Shown: piece by piece, positions 1 to 10,852 of the stretch
Position numbering within the stretch: position 1 is the stretch's first letter
Layout of the letters: each line of letters opens with the position of its first letter
Origin: an uncultured delta proteobacterium
GTDB taxonomy: Bacteria; Desulfobacterota; WTBG01; CAIYCZ01; CAIRTM01
Reading direction: 5' to 3'
Length of the DNA: 64,000 nt
Assembly (NCBI GenBank): GCA_963804955.1
Contig: CAWDSQ010000030.1
Location: 32,001-96,000, forward strand
Notes under the pieces: generated by a model
What the model was told of the DNA's origin: nothing
Database searches by the model: none
What the model saw: the letters and a program-made list of their open reading frames with translations, nothing else
Made by a program: the position numbers and the translations under genes

Positions 1-419
1 TCGCCATTGTGCAGATCAAAATCGAGCACAAATGCGGTCTTTATGAGCTTTTCGTTTTTCAGGGCGGTAAGCGCCACGGCCATGTTGTTGAAATAGCAGA
101 AGCCCCAGCAGGAGCTGGCCGAGGCATGATGACCCGGGGGCCGGATGAGGGCAAATGCCGGCTCGGTAAGGCCAATGCGGCCGGCCTGTATGGCGCCGCC
201 CGCGGCAAGGGCTGCGATGTCGTAGACGCGTTCGAGCTTTACCGATTCGATATGGTCGATGCTGTGGGCTCCGCGTATTTGGTCAAGGGTTGCCTGTTCG
301 GCAGTGATGAAATCAACCTTACCCTGTATGGCGGAGACAATGGCTTCCAGGCGGCCCGGCTCTGCCGCGGGGTCTGAGGTGTATTCGCGGTAGAAGTCTT
401 CGTTGAAGATGACTTTCAT
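1..419 (-). CDS. Histone deacetylase/AcuC-family deacetylase (5' part; runs off the window)
   Basis: Manual translation of the minus strand (not in the ORF track): MKVIFNEDFY...RPPGHHA...WGFCYFNN...VLDFDLHNG, the typical HDAC-family motifs; GAGGGAGG RBS upstream. Confidence 0.9.
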   Translation of the reverse strand, partial: MKVIFNEDFYREYTSDPAAEPGRLEAIVSAIQGKVDFITAEQATLDQIRGAHSIDHIESVKLERVYDIAALAAGGAIQAGRIGLTEPAFALIRPPGHHASASSCWGFCYFNNMAVALTALKNEKLIKTAFVLDFDLHNG

Positions 420-637
420 GCGGATTCCTCCCTCTGATGAATCAGCAGAAATCAGGGCTATTCTTCATTTTCCCATTTTTAAAATCGGCGTGTGCCGCGC
501 ATCGCCGGTTCAGTACAAATTTACAGAAAAGAGGGAGCGAGAAAATTTCCCCTTTTTAGCAAAGGGGGATTACACAGGCTTATTTTTTCGTATAAAATAT
601 TACCCCTTTTTTTGAGGGGAGCTGTACTCTGCAGGTG

Positions 638-2341
638 CTAGAGCTCCTCATTCGCAGGCAGGCGTTCCTGCACCCAGGGCAGGGAGCTGCTGACGATTTT
701 CCGGGTCATCCGCTGCAAGAGGGCGCTGTTTTTCAGAATATCAACTGCCAGCGGCGACAGGCGGTAATAGAAATTGATAAATGCCCTGCCCGAAGCAGAC
801 CGTGCAAGAACCTCGTCGCGGTACCGGCGCAGTGTTATGATCTCTGAAGCAGTATCAGGGAAAAGAGAGTCCACGGCGCAGAGCGGAATGAACTGTATGA
901 TAACAGTGGCAGGAGGGCTGCCCAGCTCGCCGTCGTTTGCAATGTAGGTAAAGTTATCCGAAGTAAAGTTATCCGTTCCATTAAAGCCCTTGTCCGGCTT
1001 GTATCTGAATGAGCCGTTTTCTCTCAGGACAAGCTCGCCGTGAAACGGGCCGGTGACAAGCAACGCCGTGAGCGGATCGCCGCTGGGGTCGGTGTCATTG
1101 GCAAGAACGCCCGGCTCAGGGATATAAAGGGGCAGATACCGGTTGGTGCTGTAGTTGTCGGAAACTGCAACCGGAGCGGTGTTGCCCATAGTCAGCGTGA
1201 CGGTCACAGCGGTTGTGTTGTCGCCGCCGGCAAGCGCCTTGTACGTGAAACTGTCGGTTTCGTTGAAATCGTCCTCAGGTAGGGTATAGGTAAAAGAGCC
1301 GTCGCTTTTTAAAGAAAGCGTTCCGTGGGACGGGCCCGTTACCAGCTTGGCGGTCAGCGGATCGCCGTCGGGATCGCTGTCATTGTAAAGAACCCCCGGA
1401 GCGGCGGCGGTAAATACAGACTTTATGCCGACGGTGTAGGAGTCCGGTTGAGCCTGCGGGAGGTCGTTTGCGCCGCGTAAAAAGGGGTAGGTAGAGCCAT
1501 CGAAAATTCCCCACACGGTTGTGAAATCCCATCCCGCAGCGGTAAAGGTGGCGCGCTTTTTCATGTCGGCCGTCGTCTTGCCAGTGCCGCCTGCGGAGCT
1601 GCTCTGGCCCGAGGTGCTGATGTCCCAGAAGCAGTTTGATATTGTCGCATTCGTGTTGTAGCCGATCAGCCCGCCGGTCCAGCTCTCGCTGCCGGTTACT
1701 TTGCCCGCGCTGAAGCAGGTGCTGATGGGGGTATTGACATTATAGCCCACCAGTCCGCCGACACCCCCGTTGCCGCTCACTGAGCTTGTGCTGTAGCAGT
1801 TGGAGATAGAAATAGGAAACAGGGCCTGGCTCCGCCCCACCAGACCGCCGACATATGAGTTCGCGCTCACCGAGCCTGTGGTGGAACATTGTTTGATGGT
1901 GCAGTTGTAATTATATCCCATCAGCGCGCCGGTATAATTCCTCCCTGTTACTGTAGCATTATCAAGGGCCAGATTTGCTAGTGTTGCAAGCTCGCCATCG
2001 ACATACCCGAACAGGCCGACATAGTCAGCATCCCCACGATTTATGAAAAGGTTGCGTATAGCGAAGCCCTTACCGTCAAAGGAGCCTGAAAAAGGACTGC
2101 TGTCGGTGCCAATAGGCTCAAAACCCGCACCGCTGTTCCAGCTGCGCGTTGCCGAGGCATCGATGTCGCCACCCAGCTCATAGTATCCGTTGAGCGGGTA
2201 GCTTGCGTTGTTGCCGATTTCCTGCAGCTGCTCAATGGTCGTAATGGTCTGACCCATGACTGAAGCCGGCGCAGCCATGAACATCCCCATCATGGCAAGA
2301 TGGGCAATAAAAATAAGCGTTATAGAAGAACTGCGTTTCAT
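638..2341 (-). CDS. Exported surface protein: GLUG-repeat region, two Ig-like/cadherin-like repeats, CFI-box-CTERM-like tail
   Basis: Signal-peptide-like N-terminus; VGGLVG repeats; two PxAxxDxY...GVLxNDxDPxGDPLTA...GSFxY repeats; C-terminal LRRYRDEVL...GRAFINFYYRLSP. Confidence 0.8.
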   Translation of the reverse strand: MKRSSSITLIFIAHLAMMGMFMAAPASVMGQTITTIEQLQEIGNNASYPLNGYYELGGDIDASATRSWNSGAGFEPIGTDSSPFSGSFDGKGFAIRNLFINRGDADYVGLFGYVDGELATLANLALDNATVTGRNYTGALMGYNYNCTIKQCSTTGSVSANSYVGGLVGRSQALFPISISNCYSTSSVSGNGGVGGLVGYNVNTPISTCFSAGKVTGSESWTGGLIGYNTNATISNCFWDISTSGQSSSAGGTGKTTADMKKRATFTAAGWDFTTVWGIFDGSTYPFLRGANDLPQAQPDSYTVGIKSVFTAAAPGVLYNDSDPDGDPLTAKLVTGPSHGTLSLKSDGSFTYTLPEDDFNETDSFTYKALAGGDNTTAVTVTLTMGNTAPVAVSDNYSTNRYLPLYIPEPGVLANDTDPSGDPLTALLVTGPFHGELVLRENGSFRYKPDKGFNGTDNFTSDNFTYIANDGELGSPPATVIIQFIPLCAVDSLFPDTASEIITLRRYRDEVLARSASGRAFINFYYRLSPLAVDILKNSALLQRMTRKIVSSSLPWVQERLPANEEL

Positions 2342-2758
2342 AGAGTCCTCTCACTTATAAAATTACGATTATCCCCCCGCACTTTTCCTCCAGCACGGGT
2401 AAGCATGTTGTAGATGCACAGTATAGATGCAGAATCCTTACAGGTCAAGCCCTTCAAGGGATCCATATACTATTTAAACCCTTTAGCACTGATTATGTAT
2501 CAAAGATATTTCACAAGCCGACCGGATCAGGCAGCCATTGTAGTGTCTTCAGAAAACCATAGCTTCTGACGATGGCTTATCTGAAGAAGGCATCTCAAAC
2601 ATGCATAGCGGGTGGCTGTTGACTTTGGAATGCGGAATATGGATTTTTTAATGCGGCTGTATGACACAATCCTCAATCCAAAATCGATTGGAGCCTCTCG
2701 CTTGTTGCCGTGTGCTGTATGCCCCGGCCGGGGTTTTATCGCCGGCTCATAAACCGGG

Positions 2759-3625
2759 CTAGACGATTTTTATCAGGTTCAAAGCCAGATATACCAGATT
2801 CTTCAGATAGGCCGGGTGCAGCTTTTGAGCTTTTTTGAGATAGGCAAGTCCCTCCGGTCGATTGCCTTTTTCGATATAGTGGCGGCCGATATAGTGGCAG
2901 GTGTCGGCAATGCGGCGCCGGTACATGTGCAGAGGGATTTTCTTTTTCAAATAGTTCTTTTCAAGCACTTTGAGGCGGTGGAGGCGGCCCGTGAGGCTGT
3001 CGGTGCTCATGCCGTCGGTGTTGTCGACATAAACGGTGAGGGGCTCATTGATGAAGCCGACGGCAAACTCGGCGGCAATCCGGAGCCAGTAGTCGTATTC
3101 CTCGCCTTCGCGCAGCGCCTCATCAAAGCCCCCGACCTTTTCAAGGCATGTGCGCGTGATGACGGCGGAGGATGTACGGATGAAGTTTTTATTGAAAAGG
3201 TCATAGAGTATCCAGCCTGATTTGCCGGGCCGGTTTTTTTCGCGGTAGGTGCCGTCAATCTGCACGGAACCGCACTGGCATGCGGCCATGCCGTATTCGG
3301 GATGCTCGCTGAACAATGCCATTTGCCGTTCAAGCTTGCCGGGCAGCCAGTAGTCGTCGGAATCAAGAAAGGCGAGATAGTCGCCCGCAGCCTGGTGCAT
3401 GCCTGCATTGCGTGCGCCGGCAATGCCTTTATTGTTCTGATAGAAATAATGCACCTTCGTACCATAGCCCGCCTCGACCACGGCTTTCGTGTTGTCCTGT
3501 GAGCCGTCGTCGAGTACGATAATCTCAAAATCCTGGTATGTCTGGGCAAAGACCGAATCAATGGCCCTGGTGATAATTTTTTCGCGGTTGTAGGTGGGGA
3601 TGATAACGCTGACCAGGGGTGCCAT
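2759..3625 (-). CDS. Glycosyltransferase family 2
   Basis: VSVIIPTYNR, DDGS, ARNAG and FLDSDD motifs; probable start MAPLV. Confidence 0.92.
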   Translation of the reverse strand: MAPLVSVIIPTYNREKIITRAIDSVFAQTYQDFEIIVLDDGSQDNTKAVVEAGYGTKVHYFYQNNKGIAGARNAGMHQAAGDYLAFLDSDDYWLPGKLERQMALFSEHPEYGMAACQCGSVQIDGTYREKNRPGKSGWILYDLFNKNFIRTSSAVITRTCLEKVGGFDEALREGEEYDYWLRIAAEFAVGFINEPLTVYVDNTDGMSTDSLTGRLHRLKVLEKNYLKKKIPLHMYRRRIADTCHYIGRHYIEKGNRPEGLAYLKKAQKLHPAYLKNLVYLALNLIKIV

Positions 3626-3756
3626 GGTGTCCTCTGCAAAAAGTTGGCGGTGCACATCCGCAAAACCGTACCTTATCAAAAATCAGCATGATGCTCAAGG
3701 CTTTACGACTGAAGCGGGCCATATGCCGGGTTATGCCGCCATGTGGTGATATTCAA

Positions 3757-3784
3757 TTGACAAGAAGGATTTTTCTGCTAATGT
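3757..3784 (+). promoter_or_regulatory. Probable sigma70 promoter of the arg/lys operon
   Basis: TTGACA-16 bp-TAATGT with extended -10 TG, upstream of argF. Confidence 0.55.
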
Positions 3785-3827
3785 TGAAGTTTTGATGCGG
3801 AATTATGAAGAAGTAAAGGAATTTCAA

Positions 3828-4751
3828 ATGCAAAAGGACCTTTTGCGCATATACGACCTGTCCCGTGCGGACATGGACAGCATTTTTGAGCGTACTGCCG
3901 ATCTCAAGAAAAAGAAGAAAAACGGCACGACCTATGAGCCCCTCAAGGGCAAGACCCTCGGGATGATTTTCGAGAAGGCCTCCACCCGCACGCGCGTGTC
4001 ATTTCAGGTGGGCATGTTTCAGCTCGGCGGCCATGCCATTTACCTTCGCTGGACGGATATGCAGCTCGGGAGGGGCGAGTCGATAGCCGATACGGCCCGC
4101 GTTCTTTCGCGCTATCTTGACGGCATTATGATCCGAACCTTTGCGCAGTCAACGCTTGATGAGCTGGCCCGCCATGCCGATATACCGGTCATTAACGGGC
4201 TTACCGACCTGTGCCATCCCTGCCAGATCCTGGCCGACCTGTTCACGGTGATTGAAAAGAGGGGCTCCTATGACGGGCTTAAGGCGGTCTATATAGGCGA
4301 TGGCAACAATATAGCCCATTCCTGGATCAGCGCCGCCCTGCGCCTGAACTTCGATCTTACCCTTGCCTGCCCGAAGGGCCATGAGCCCGATTCGGCCCTC
4401 CTCGAGCGCGCACGCAGGGAGGCAACTTCGAAAATCCTTATGATGCAGGACCCTGTTGAGGCTGTGAGCGGCGCTGATGTGATTATCACCGATACCTGGG
4501 TGAGCATGGGCCAGGAGAAGGAATACCGCGAGCGCATCAAGGCATTTCAGGGCTATCAGGTGAATGAAAAGCTTTTGGAGCGGGCCACAAAGGATGTGCT
4601 GGTGATGCACTGCCTGCCCGCCCACCGGGGCGAGGAGATAACCGACGAGGTTATGGACGGCCCTCATTCGGTGGTGTTTGACGAGGCTGAAAACCGGCTG
4701 CATGTGCAGAAGGCGATTCTGGAAACTATGCTGATGTGGATAACGAAGTGA
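3828..4751 (+). CDS. argF: Ornithine carbamoyltransferase
   Basis: STRTR, HPCQ, SMG and HCLP motifs; adjacent to argG/argH. Confidence 0.97.
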   Translation: MQKDLLRIYDLSRADMDSIFERTADLKKKKKNGTTYEPLKGKTLGMIFEKASTRTRVSFQVGMFQLGGHAIYLRWTDMQLGRGESIADTARVLSRYLDGIMIRTFAQSTLDELARHADIPVINGLTDLCHPCQILADLFTVIEKRGSYDGLKAVYIGDGNNIAHSWISAALRLNFDLTLACPKGHEPDSALLERARREATSKILMMQDPVEAVSGADVIITDTWVSMGQEKEYRERIKAFQGYQVNEKLLERATKDVLVMHCLPAHRGEEITDEVMDGPHSVVFDEAENRLHVQKAILETMLMWITK

Positions 4752-4927
4752 GCATAAGTGGCTTCGCCCTGATGCGCGATTTGTAGCATTTGTTTGGCTG
4801 GGTTAGTGCAGCCAAGTTTCTTCTGGCTTACGACCTGCAAAAATAGGCTCTGTTACGGCGCTGATAGCATTGTGTTCAACCCAAAACAACAATCTAAAAT
4901 CTGAATTATTGATACAGGAGATGCGGT

Positions 4928-6148
4928 ATGAGTGAGTATAAAAAGGTTGTGCTTGCCTATTCAGGCGGGCTTGATACGTCGGTTATTTTGAAGTGGCTGC
5001 AGGAGCAGTATCAGTGCGAGGTGATAGCCTTTGCAGCTGATGTGGGGCAGGGCGAAGAGCTTGACCCTGTGCGCGAGAAAGCAATGAAGACCGGCGCAAG
5101 CAAAATTTATATCGAGGACCTGCGCGAGGAATTCGTTCGGGACTATATATTTCCCATGCTGCGGGCAAATGCGATTTACGAGGGCACGTATATGCTGGGC
5201 ACCTCGATTGCCCGGCCTTTGATCGCCAAAAAGCAGGTCGAGATCGCCATTGCCGAAGGCGCCGACGCGATTGCCCACGGCGCCACGGGCAAGGGCAATG
5301 ACCAGGTGCGCTTCGAGCTGACGGCCTATGCGATCAAGCCCGATATCAAGATCATCGCTCCCTGGCGCCAGTCAAACTGGGAGCTCACCTCCCGCACCGC
5401 AATGCTCGATTATGCTGCAAAGCACGGCATCGACGTGCCGGTGACGGCTGCCAAGCCCTACAGCAGCGACCGCAATCTGCTGCATATAAGCTTCGAGGGC
5501 GGCATTCTTGAGGACCCGTGGAATGAGCCCCTGGATGATATGTTTCTTTTGAGCGTATCGCCGGAGAAGGCGCCTGATAAGCCCACCTATGTTGAAATCG
5601 ACTATGAGCAGGGTAATCCCGTTGCCGTCGACGGCAAAAAAATGAGCCCGGCTGACCTGCTGGCGCATCTGAACAAGCTTGGCGGCGCAAACGGCGTCGG
5701 CCGGGTGGATATTGTCGAGAACCGCTATGTGGGCATGAAATCGCGCGGCGTGTATGAGACGCCGGGCGGCACGATTCTTCACGCTGCGCACCGCGCCGTG
5801 GAATCCCTCACCGTCGACCGCGAGGTCATGCATTTCAAGGACAGCATGATGCCCAAGTATGCCGAGCTTGTGTACAACGGCTACTGGTTTGCCCCTGAGC
5901 GTGAGATGATGCAGACAGCTATTGATGATAGCCAGAAGTATGCGACCGGCACGGCGCGCGTGAAGCTCTATAAAGGCACCTGCTCGGTTGTGGGCCGGAA
6001 GTCGCCCTACAGTCTGTATCGCGAGGATATTGCAACATTTGAGACGGATTCGGTGTATCAGCAGGCTGACGCCACCGGGTTCATCCGCCTTAACTCACTG
6101 CGCCTGCGGGTTCAGGCAGCAGCCAAGAGGAAGCAGCATGGCGGGTAA
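4928..6148 (+). CDS. argG: Argininosuccinate synthase
   Basis: [34 protein letters not shown]. Confidence 0.98.
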   Translation: MSEYKKVVLAYSGGLDTSVILKWLQEQYQCEVIAFAADVGQGEELDPVREKAMKTGASKIYIEDLREEFVRDYIFPMLRANAIYEGTYMLGTSIARPLIAKKQVEIAIAEGADAIAHGATGKGNDQVRFELTAYAIKPDIKIIAPWRQSNWELTSRTAMLDYAAKHGIDVPVTAAKPYSSDRNLLHISFEGGILEDPWNEPLDDMFLLSVSPEKAPDKPTYVEIDYEQGNPVAVDGKKMSPADLLAHLNKLGGANGVGRVDIVENRYVGMKSRGVYETPGGTILHAAHRAVESLTVDREVMHFKDSMMPKYAELVYNGYWFAPEREMMQTAIDDSQKYATGTARVKLYKGTCSVVGRKSPYSLYREDIATFETDSVYQQADATGFIRLNSLRLRVQAAAKRKQHGG

Positions 6149-7533
6149 GAAGCTCTGGGCAGGCCGGTTTTCGCAGGGTACGCACAAGGCGGTGGAGGAG
6201 TTCACTGTTTCGCTGCACTTTGATCACAAGCTCTATACATATGATATTCAGGGCAGCATCGCCCACTGCCGCATGCTCGGCAGGCAGAAGATCATTTCCC
6301 CCGTTGAGGCGAAAAAGATTATTGCCGCGCTGCAGCAGATCGGCCGCGAGCTTGATCAGGGCAAGCTTGCCCTGCGGCCCGAGTTTGAAGACATACATAT
6401 GCTCATTGAGTCGCGTTTAATAGAGAAGGTCGGCCCGGCAGGCGGCAAGCTGCACACGGCCCGCAGCCGCAATGACCAGATAGCCCTTGACGTGAGCCTC
6501 TACCTGCGCGATGCGGTGTCCGACACTATCGTGCTTGTAGACTGCTGCGCAGCAAGCGCTGCTCGGCCTTGCTGAGAAAAATATCGATGTTGTGCTGCCG
6601 GGATTTACCCACATGCAGCATGCCCAGCCCGTTCTGCTGGCCCATCATCTGATGGCCTACTTCGAGATGCTGGGGCGCGACCGCGACCGGCTCGAAGGGT
6701 GTTTTGTACGCGTTAACCGCATGCCCCTGGGCGCGGGTGCTCTGGCCGGCACGCCGCATCCTATTGACCGCGCGTATGTGGCGAAATTGCTCGGATATCC
6801 CGAGGTGACACGCAACAGCATGGATACCGTGTCTGACCGTGATACACAGATAGAATACTGCTCTTGCGCCGCGATTATCATGATGCATCTGAGCAGGCTG
6901 TGTGAGGAGCTGATTATCTGGATGTCCCCGGAGTTTCATTTCATAGATATAGCCGATGCTTTCTGCACGGGCAGCAGCATCATGCCGCAGAAGAAGAACC
7001 CTGATGTGGCAGAGCTCGTGCGCGGCAAGACGGGCAGGGTCTATGGCAACCTTATGTCGCTGCTGACGCTGCTGAAATCGCTGCCCCTTGCCTATAACCG
7101 CGATCTGCAGGAAGATAAGATTTCGCTGTTCGATACGGTTGAGACCGTAAAAAGCTGCTTGAATATAATAGCGCTTATGCTGCCGGAGATACAGGTCAAT
7201 AAGGACAGGATGCTCGCCGCAACACAGAGCGGGTTTCTCACGGCGACTGATTTGGCCGATTATCTGGTGAGCAAAAAAGTGCCCTTTCGCACGGCCCATG
7301 AGGTTGCGGGCAAAGTTGTAGCCTCCTGCGTGAAAACCTGCAGGAGCCTGTGGGATCTGAAGCTTTCAGAGCTGCAGCGGTTCAGCCCGGTCTTCAAGGC
7401 CGATGTGATGAACTGGCTCACGATCGAGGCTTCGGTGAACAGCAGAAAATGCACCGGCGGCACGGGTACGGCTGCGGTGAAGAAAGCTCTGGCTGCTGCC
7501 CGGGCAGGGTTAAAAAAACGCAAGAAGCTATGA
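6138..7533 (+). CDS. argH: Argininosuccinate lyase (frameshift near 6540-6590, probably a sequencing error)
   Basis: N-terminal KLWAGRF...HTARSRNDQ in one frame; [11 protein letters not shown] and [12 protein letters not shown] in the next frame. Confidence 0.95.
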
Positions 7534-7564
7534 ACGTGCAAACTGTGCCGTTTGTCATAGAAAC

Positions 7565-7585
7565 GGTGCGCGCAGCGCACCCTAC
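7565..7585 (-). repeat. GTAG-family REP hairpin
   Basis: Minus strand reads GTAG-GGTGCGC-TGC-GCGCACC. Confidence 0.65.
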
Positions 7586-7612
7586 CTTATACTAGAAACG
7601 AGCTGAAACATT

Positions 7613-8671
7613 ATGAAACGATTATTGTCTGGATGTATGATATTGGCTCTGATGTGCTGCGCCTGCGGCAAGAAGGCTGATCCTGGCCTGCCCATGCCGA
7701 TTGTGCCGGATGCGCCGTCGCGGTTTCAGACTGTTGCACGGTCAGAGGGTGTTTTTATTCTCTGGCGCGCGCCCGAGCAAAATGTCAATGATACCCCCCT
7801 TGTTGACCTTGCAGGTTTCAAGATTATGCGCGCCAATGAGCCTATAGATGCCTTCTGCCCGAAATGCCCCAAAAACGTAAGCCGGCTTGCCGATATCCCG
7901 TATAAGGGCGACCGGGGCAAGGTGCCGGACAAGCAGCAGTATTATTATCAGGACACGGCACTTGAATACGGCATGGTGTATTTCTACCAGATGATGGCCT
8001 ACAATGATCGCGATAAGGACGGAAAAGCGACAAAGCCCCTGATCATATTCTGGGATCAGCCGCCGGCAGCCCCTCTGGGTTTCAAGGTTGAACGCAAATA
8101 CAAGGCCCTGCGGCTTTCCTGGCAGCCGGTAACGGCGCTTCAGGACGGCAGCCCGCTGGATGGTTTTGCCGGCTATAATATTTACCGGACCAGGCGTCAG
8201 GGTATCTATGAAGAGGGGCCGGTTAACAGCGAGCCTGTTCAGGAGCCTGTTTATGAGGATGTACCTGAAAAAATAGATGAAACCTATTTTTATACGGTGC
8301 GCGCCGCATGCCTGGTGAAAGAAACCATGGTGGAAAGCGGGCCGTCAAGCGAGCTGCAGGTTGCCTATATGGACATGACGCCGCCCGGCGTGCCGACGGG
8401 CCTTATTGCCATCCCACGGCATGGTGGTGTTGAGCTCAAGTGGATCGGCGCGCTCCAGAAAGATATCACCGGCTATAATATCTACCGCAGAGAAGGCGGC
8501 GCAGGCTTTGTGCGGCTGAACAGTAATCGCATCACGGAAACTTCCTGGATCGATACAAGCGCACAGGAGGGAAAGAGCTATGTCTACGGGGTAACATCGG
8601 TTGATACTTCGGCGAAGGCTAATGAAAGCCCCATGTCTGAGCCTGCTTCCGTTACCTTTACTTTGCAATAG
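7613..8671 (+). CDS. Lipoprotein with three fibronectin type III-like domains
   Basis: Lipobox-like CCACGKK; three W...G(Y/F)xI(Y/M)R...YxY FN3-type repeats. Confidence 0.8.
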   Translation: MKRLLSGCMILALMCCACGKKADPGLPMPIVPDAPSRFQTVARSEGVFILWRAPEQNVNDTPLVDLAGFKIMRANEPIDAFCPKCPKNVSRLADIPYKGDRGKVPDKQQYYYQDTALEYGMVYFYQMMAYNDRDKDGKATKPLIIFWDQPPAAPLGFKVERKYKALRLSWQPVTALQDGSPLDGFAGYNIYRTRRQGIYEEGPVNSEPVQEPVYEDVPEKIDETYFYTVRAACLVKETMVESGPSSELQVAYMDMTPPGVPTGLIAIPRHGGVELKWIGALQKDITGYNIYRREGGAGFVRLNSNRITETSWIDTSAQEGKSYVYGVTSVDTSAKANESPMSEPASVTFTLQ

Positions 8672-8685
8672 GAGAGAGTATCGGC

Positions 8686-9942
8686 ATGCACGATTTTGTC
8701 TACAAGGGTAAGAGCCTGTATTGCGAAGATGTGCCCGTTGAGCGTATTGCTGCAGAGGCGGGCACGCCCCTGTATCTGTACAGCCGGGCAACGCTTGAGC
8801 GGCACTTCAGCGTTTTTGACGGGGCGTTCAGTGCGGTGCCCCACCTGACCTGTTATTCGGTCAAGGCCTGCTCCAATATCGCGCTTCTGAGGCTTTTTGC
8901 GCGCCTTGGCGCAGGTGTTGACGTGGTGTCTGGGGGTGAAATTTTCAGGGCTCTGAAGGCCGGCGTGCCGGCAGGCAAGATCGTGTATTCGGGGGTCGGC
9001 AAGCAGCGCGCCGAGATCGAGTACGCCCTGCAGTGCGACATACTGCAGTTCAATGTCGAGTCGGCACAGGAGCTGGAGCTTATCAGCCAGGTGGCGGAAG
9101 CTTGTGGGAAGAAGGCTCGCATTGCCCTGCGCATCAATCCTGATGTTGACCCGAAGACGCATCCCTATATTTCCACGGGGCTTAAAAAGAATAAGTTCGG
9201 CATCAAAATAGAGGCGGCCCTTGATGAGTACATGAAAGCCGCCGGGCTGCCCGGCATACAGGTGACGGGTATTGCCTGTCACATCGGCTCGCAGATAACC
9301 GAGGTGAGCCCGTTTGTCGATGCGCTCAAGCGGGTCAAGGCCTTTGTTCAGGCCCTGGCAGCCAGGGGCATTACCGTTGCCTATCTTGATATTGGCGGCG
9401 GGCTCGGCATTACTTATAATGAAGAAACGCCTCCTCACCCTTCGGAATATGCCCGGGCGGTGATCAGTGAAATGCAGGGCCTGAACTGCACGCTGATTCT
9501 CGAGCCCGGCCGCGTCATCGTCGGCAATGCCGGAGCGCTCGTTGCCCGCGTGCTGTACACAAAGAAATCCGAGGCGAAAAATTTCATCGTGGTGGATGCC
9601 GCCATGAACGATCTTGTTCGCCCGAGCCTGTATGATGCCTTTCATGAGATACGGCCTGTGCTGATAACCGGGGCGCCCGAGATTGCTGCCGATATCGTCG
9701 GGCCCATTTGCGAATCGGGCGATTTTCTGGCCCGCAGCCGCCAGATTGCCGACCTTGCCCAGGGCGAGCTCATAGCCGTCATGAGCGCCGGGGCCTACGG
9801 ATTCAGCATGTCGTCAAATTACAACTCCCGGCCGCGCGCGGCAGAGGTGCTTGTGAGCGGCGACTCCTTCAGCGTGATCCGGCAGCGTGAAACCCGCGAG
9901 GATATGGTGCGGCTGGAAAGCATACCCGACTGCTTACTATGA
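8686..9942 (+). CDS. lysA: Diaminopimelate decarboxylase
   Basis: YSVKA (PLP lysine), HIGSQ, EPGR, GPICESGD, GAYGFSMSSNYNSRPR. Confidence 0.97.
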   Translation: MHDFVYKGKSLYCEDVPVERIAAEAGTPLYLYSRATLERHFSVFDGAFSAVPHLTCYSVKACSNIALLRLFARLGAGVDVVSGGEIFRALKAGVPAGKIVYSGVGKQRAEIEYALQCDILQFNVESAQELELISQVAEACGKKARIALRINPDVDPKTHPYISTGLKKNKFGIKIEAALDEYMKAAGLPGIQVTGIACHIGSQITEVSPFVDALKRVKAFVQALAARGITVAYLDIGGGLGITYNEETPPHPSEYARAVISEMQGLNCTLILEPGRVIVGNAGALVARVLYTKKSEAKNFIVVDAAMNDLVRPSLYDAFHEIRPVLITGAPEIAADIVGPICESGDFLARSRQIADLAQGELIAVMSAGAYGFSMSSNYNSRPRAAEVLVSGDSFSVIRQRETREDMVRLESIPDCLL

Positions 9943-9971
9943 TATTTTTTTTGAGACGGTGAAACAGGTAT

Positions 9972-10799
9972 ATGAAGAACATTCCTTTTTGTAAGATGAG
10001 CGGCTGCGGCAATGATTTTATCATTATCGACAACCGCAGCGGCGCCTGGGACGGGATAAAGAATCCGGGCTTTGTCAAGGCCGTGTGCCGGGAAAAGCTG
10101 TCGGTGGGCGCCGACGGGCTGATATTTATAGAAAAGTCGGATTTGTCGGATTTCAAGTGGCGTTTTTTTAATTCCGACGGCAGCGAGGCTGAGATGTGCG
10201 GGAATGGGGCGCGGTGCGCGGCCCGCTTTGCTTGTTTGAACGCCATTGCCGGATCGAGCCTGTCGTTTGAAACCCTGGCAGGCATCATTCATGCCGAGGT
10301 AAACGGCGCTATTGTCAAAACGCAGCTGTCCAGTCCGCGGAACCTGCAGATGAACCTGGAGCTTGCTGTCGATGGTGTCCACCTCACCGTACACAGCATT
10401 AATACCGGCGTGCCCCATGCGGTTCTCTTTGTTGATGATCTTGAGGGCGTGCCCATTAAAGAGCTTGGGGCAAAGATTCGTTTTCATAGTCATTTTCAGC
10501 CTGCAGGCACCAATGTGAATTTTATCAGCATCGGAGCCGACGGCAGCATCAGTATTCGCACCTATGAGCGCGGTGTTGAGGATGAAACGCTTGCCTGCGG
10601 CACCGGCTCGGTTGCGGCAGCTCTTGTGTGTATTGCCATGGGCAGGGCGGCATCGCCTGCGCTTGTGAAAACACGCGGGGGTGATATGCTGAAAGTGTAT
10701 GCCGAGCCCCAGGAGCCGCCTTTTGCCGAGGCCTATCTTGAGGGCGGGGCAAGCCTTATCTATACCGGTGAGATTTGTCCTGAAGCGTATGCAGGTTAG
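9972..10799 (+). CDS. dapF: Diaminopimelate epimerase
   Basis: GNDF, AEMCGNGARC, YERGVEDETLACGTG. Confidence 0.97.
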   Translation: MKNIPFCKMSGCGNDFIIIDNRSGAWDGIKNPGFVKAVCREKLSVGADGLIFIEKSDLSDFKWRFFNSDGSEAEMCGNGARCAARFACLNAIAGSSLSFETLAGIIHAEVNGAIVKTQLSSPRNLQMNLELAVDGVHLTVHSINTGVPHAVLFVDDLEGVPIKELGAKIRFHSHFQPAGTNVNFISIGADGSISIRTYERGVEDETLACGTGSVAAALVCIAMGRAASPALVKTRGGDMLKVYAEPQEPPFAEAYLEGGASLIYTGEICPEAYAG

Positions 10800-10852
10800 A
10801 CGGCAGGCCCGCGGCAGAGAAGATACTGAAGGCAACAAACAACTCGGAGGTC

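Noticed and set aside
9..615. Plus-strand ORFs 9-377 and 403-615
   Set aside because: They are antisense to the HDAC-family gene or fall in an AT-rich intergenic region with CCCCTT/AAGGGG repeat remnants.
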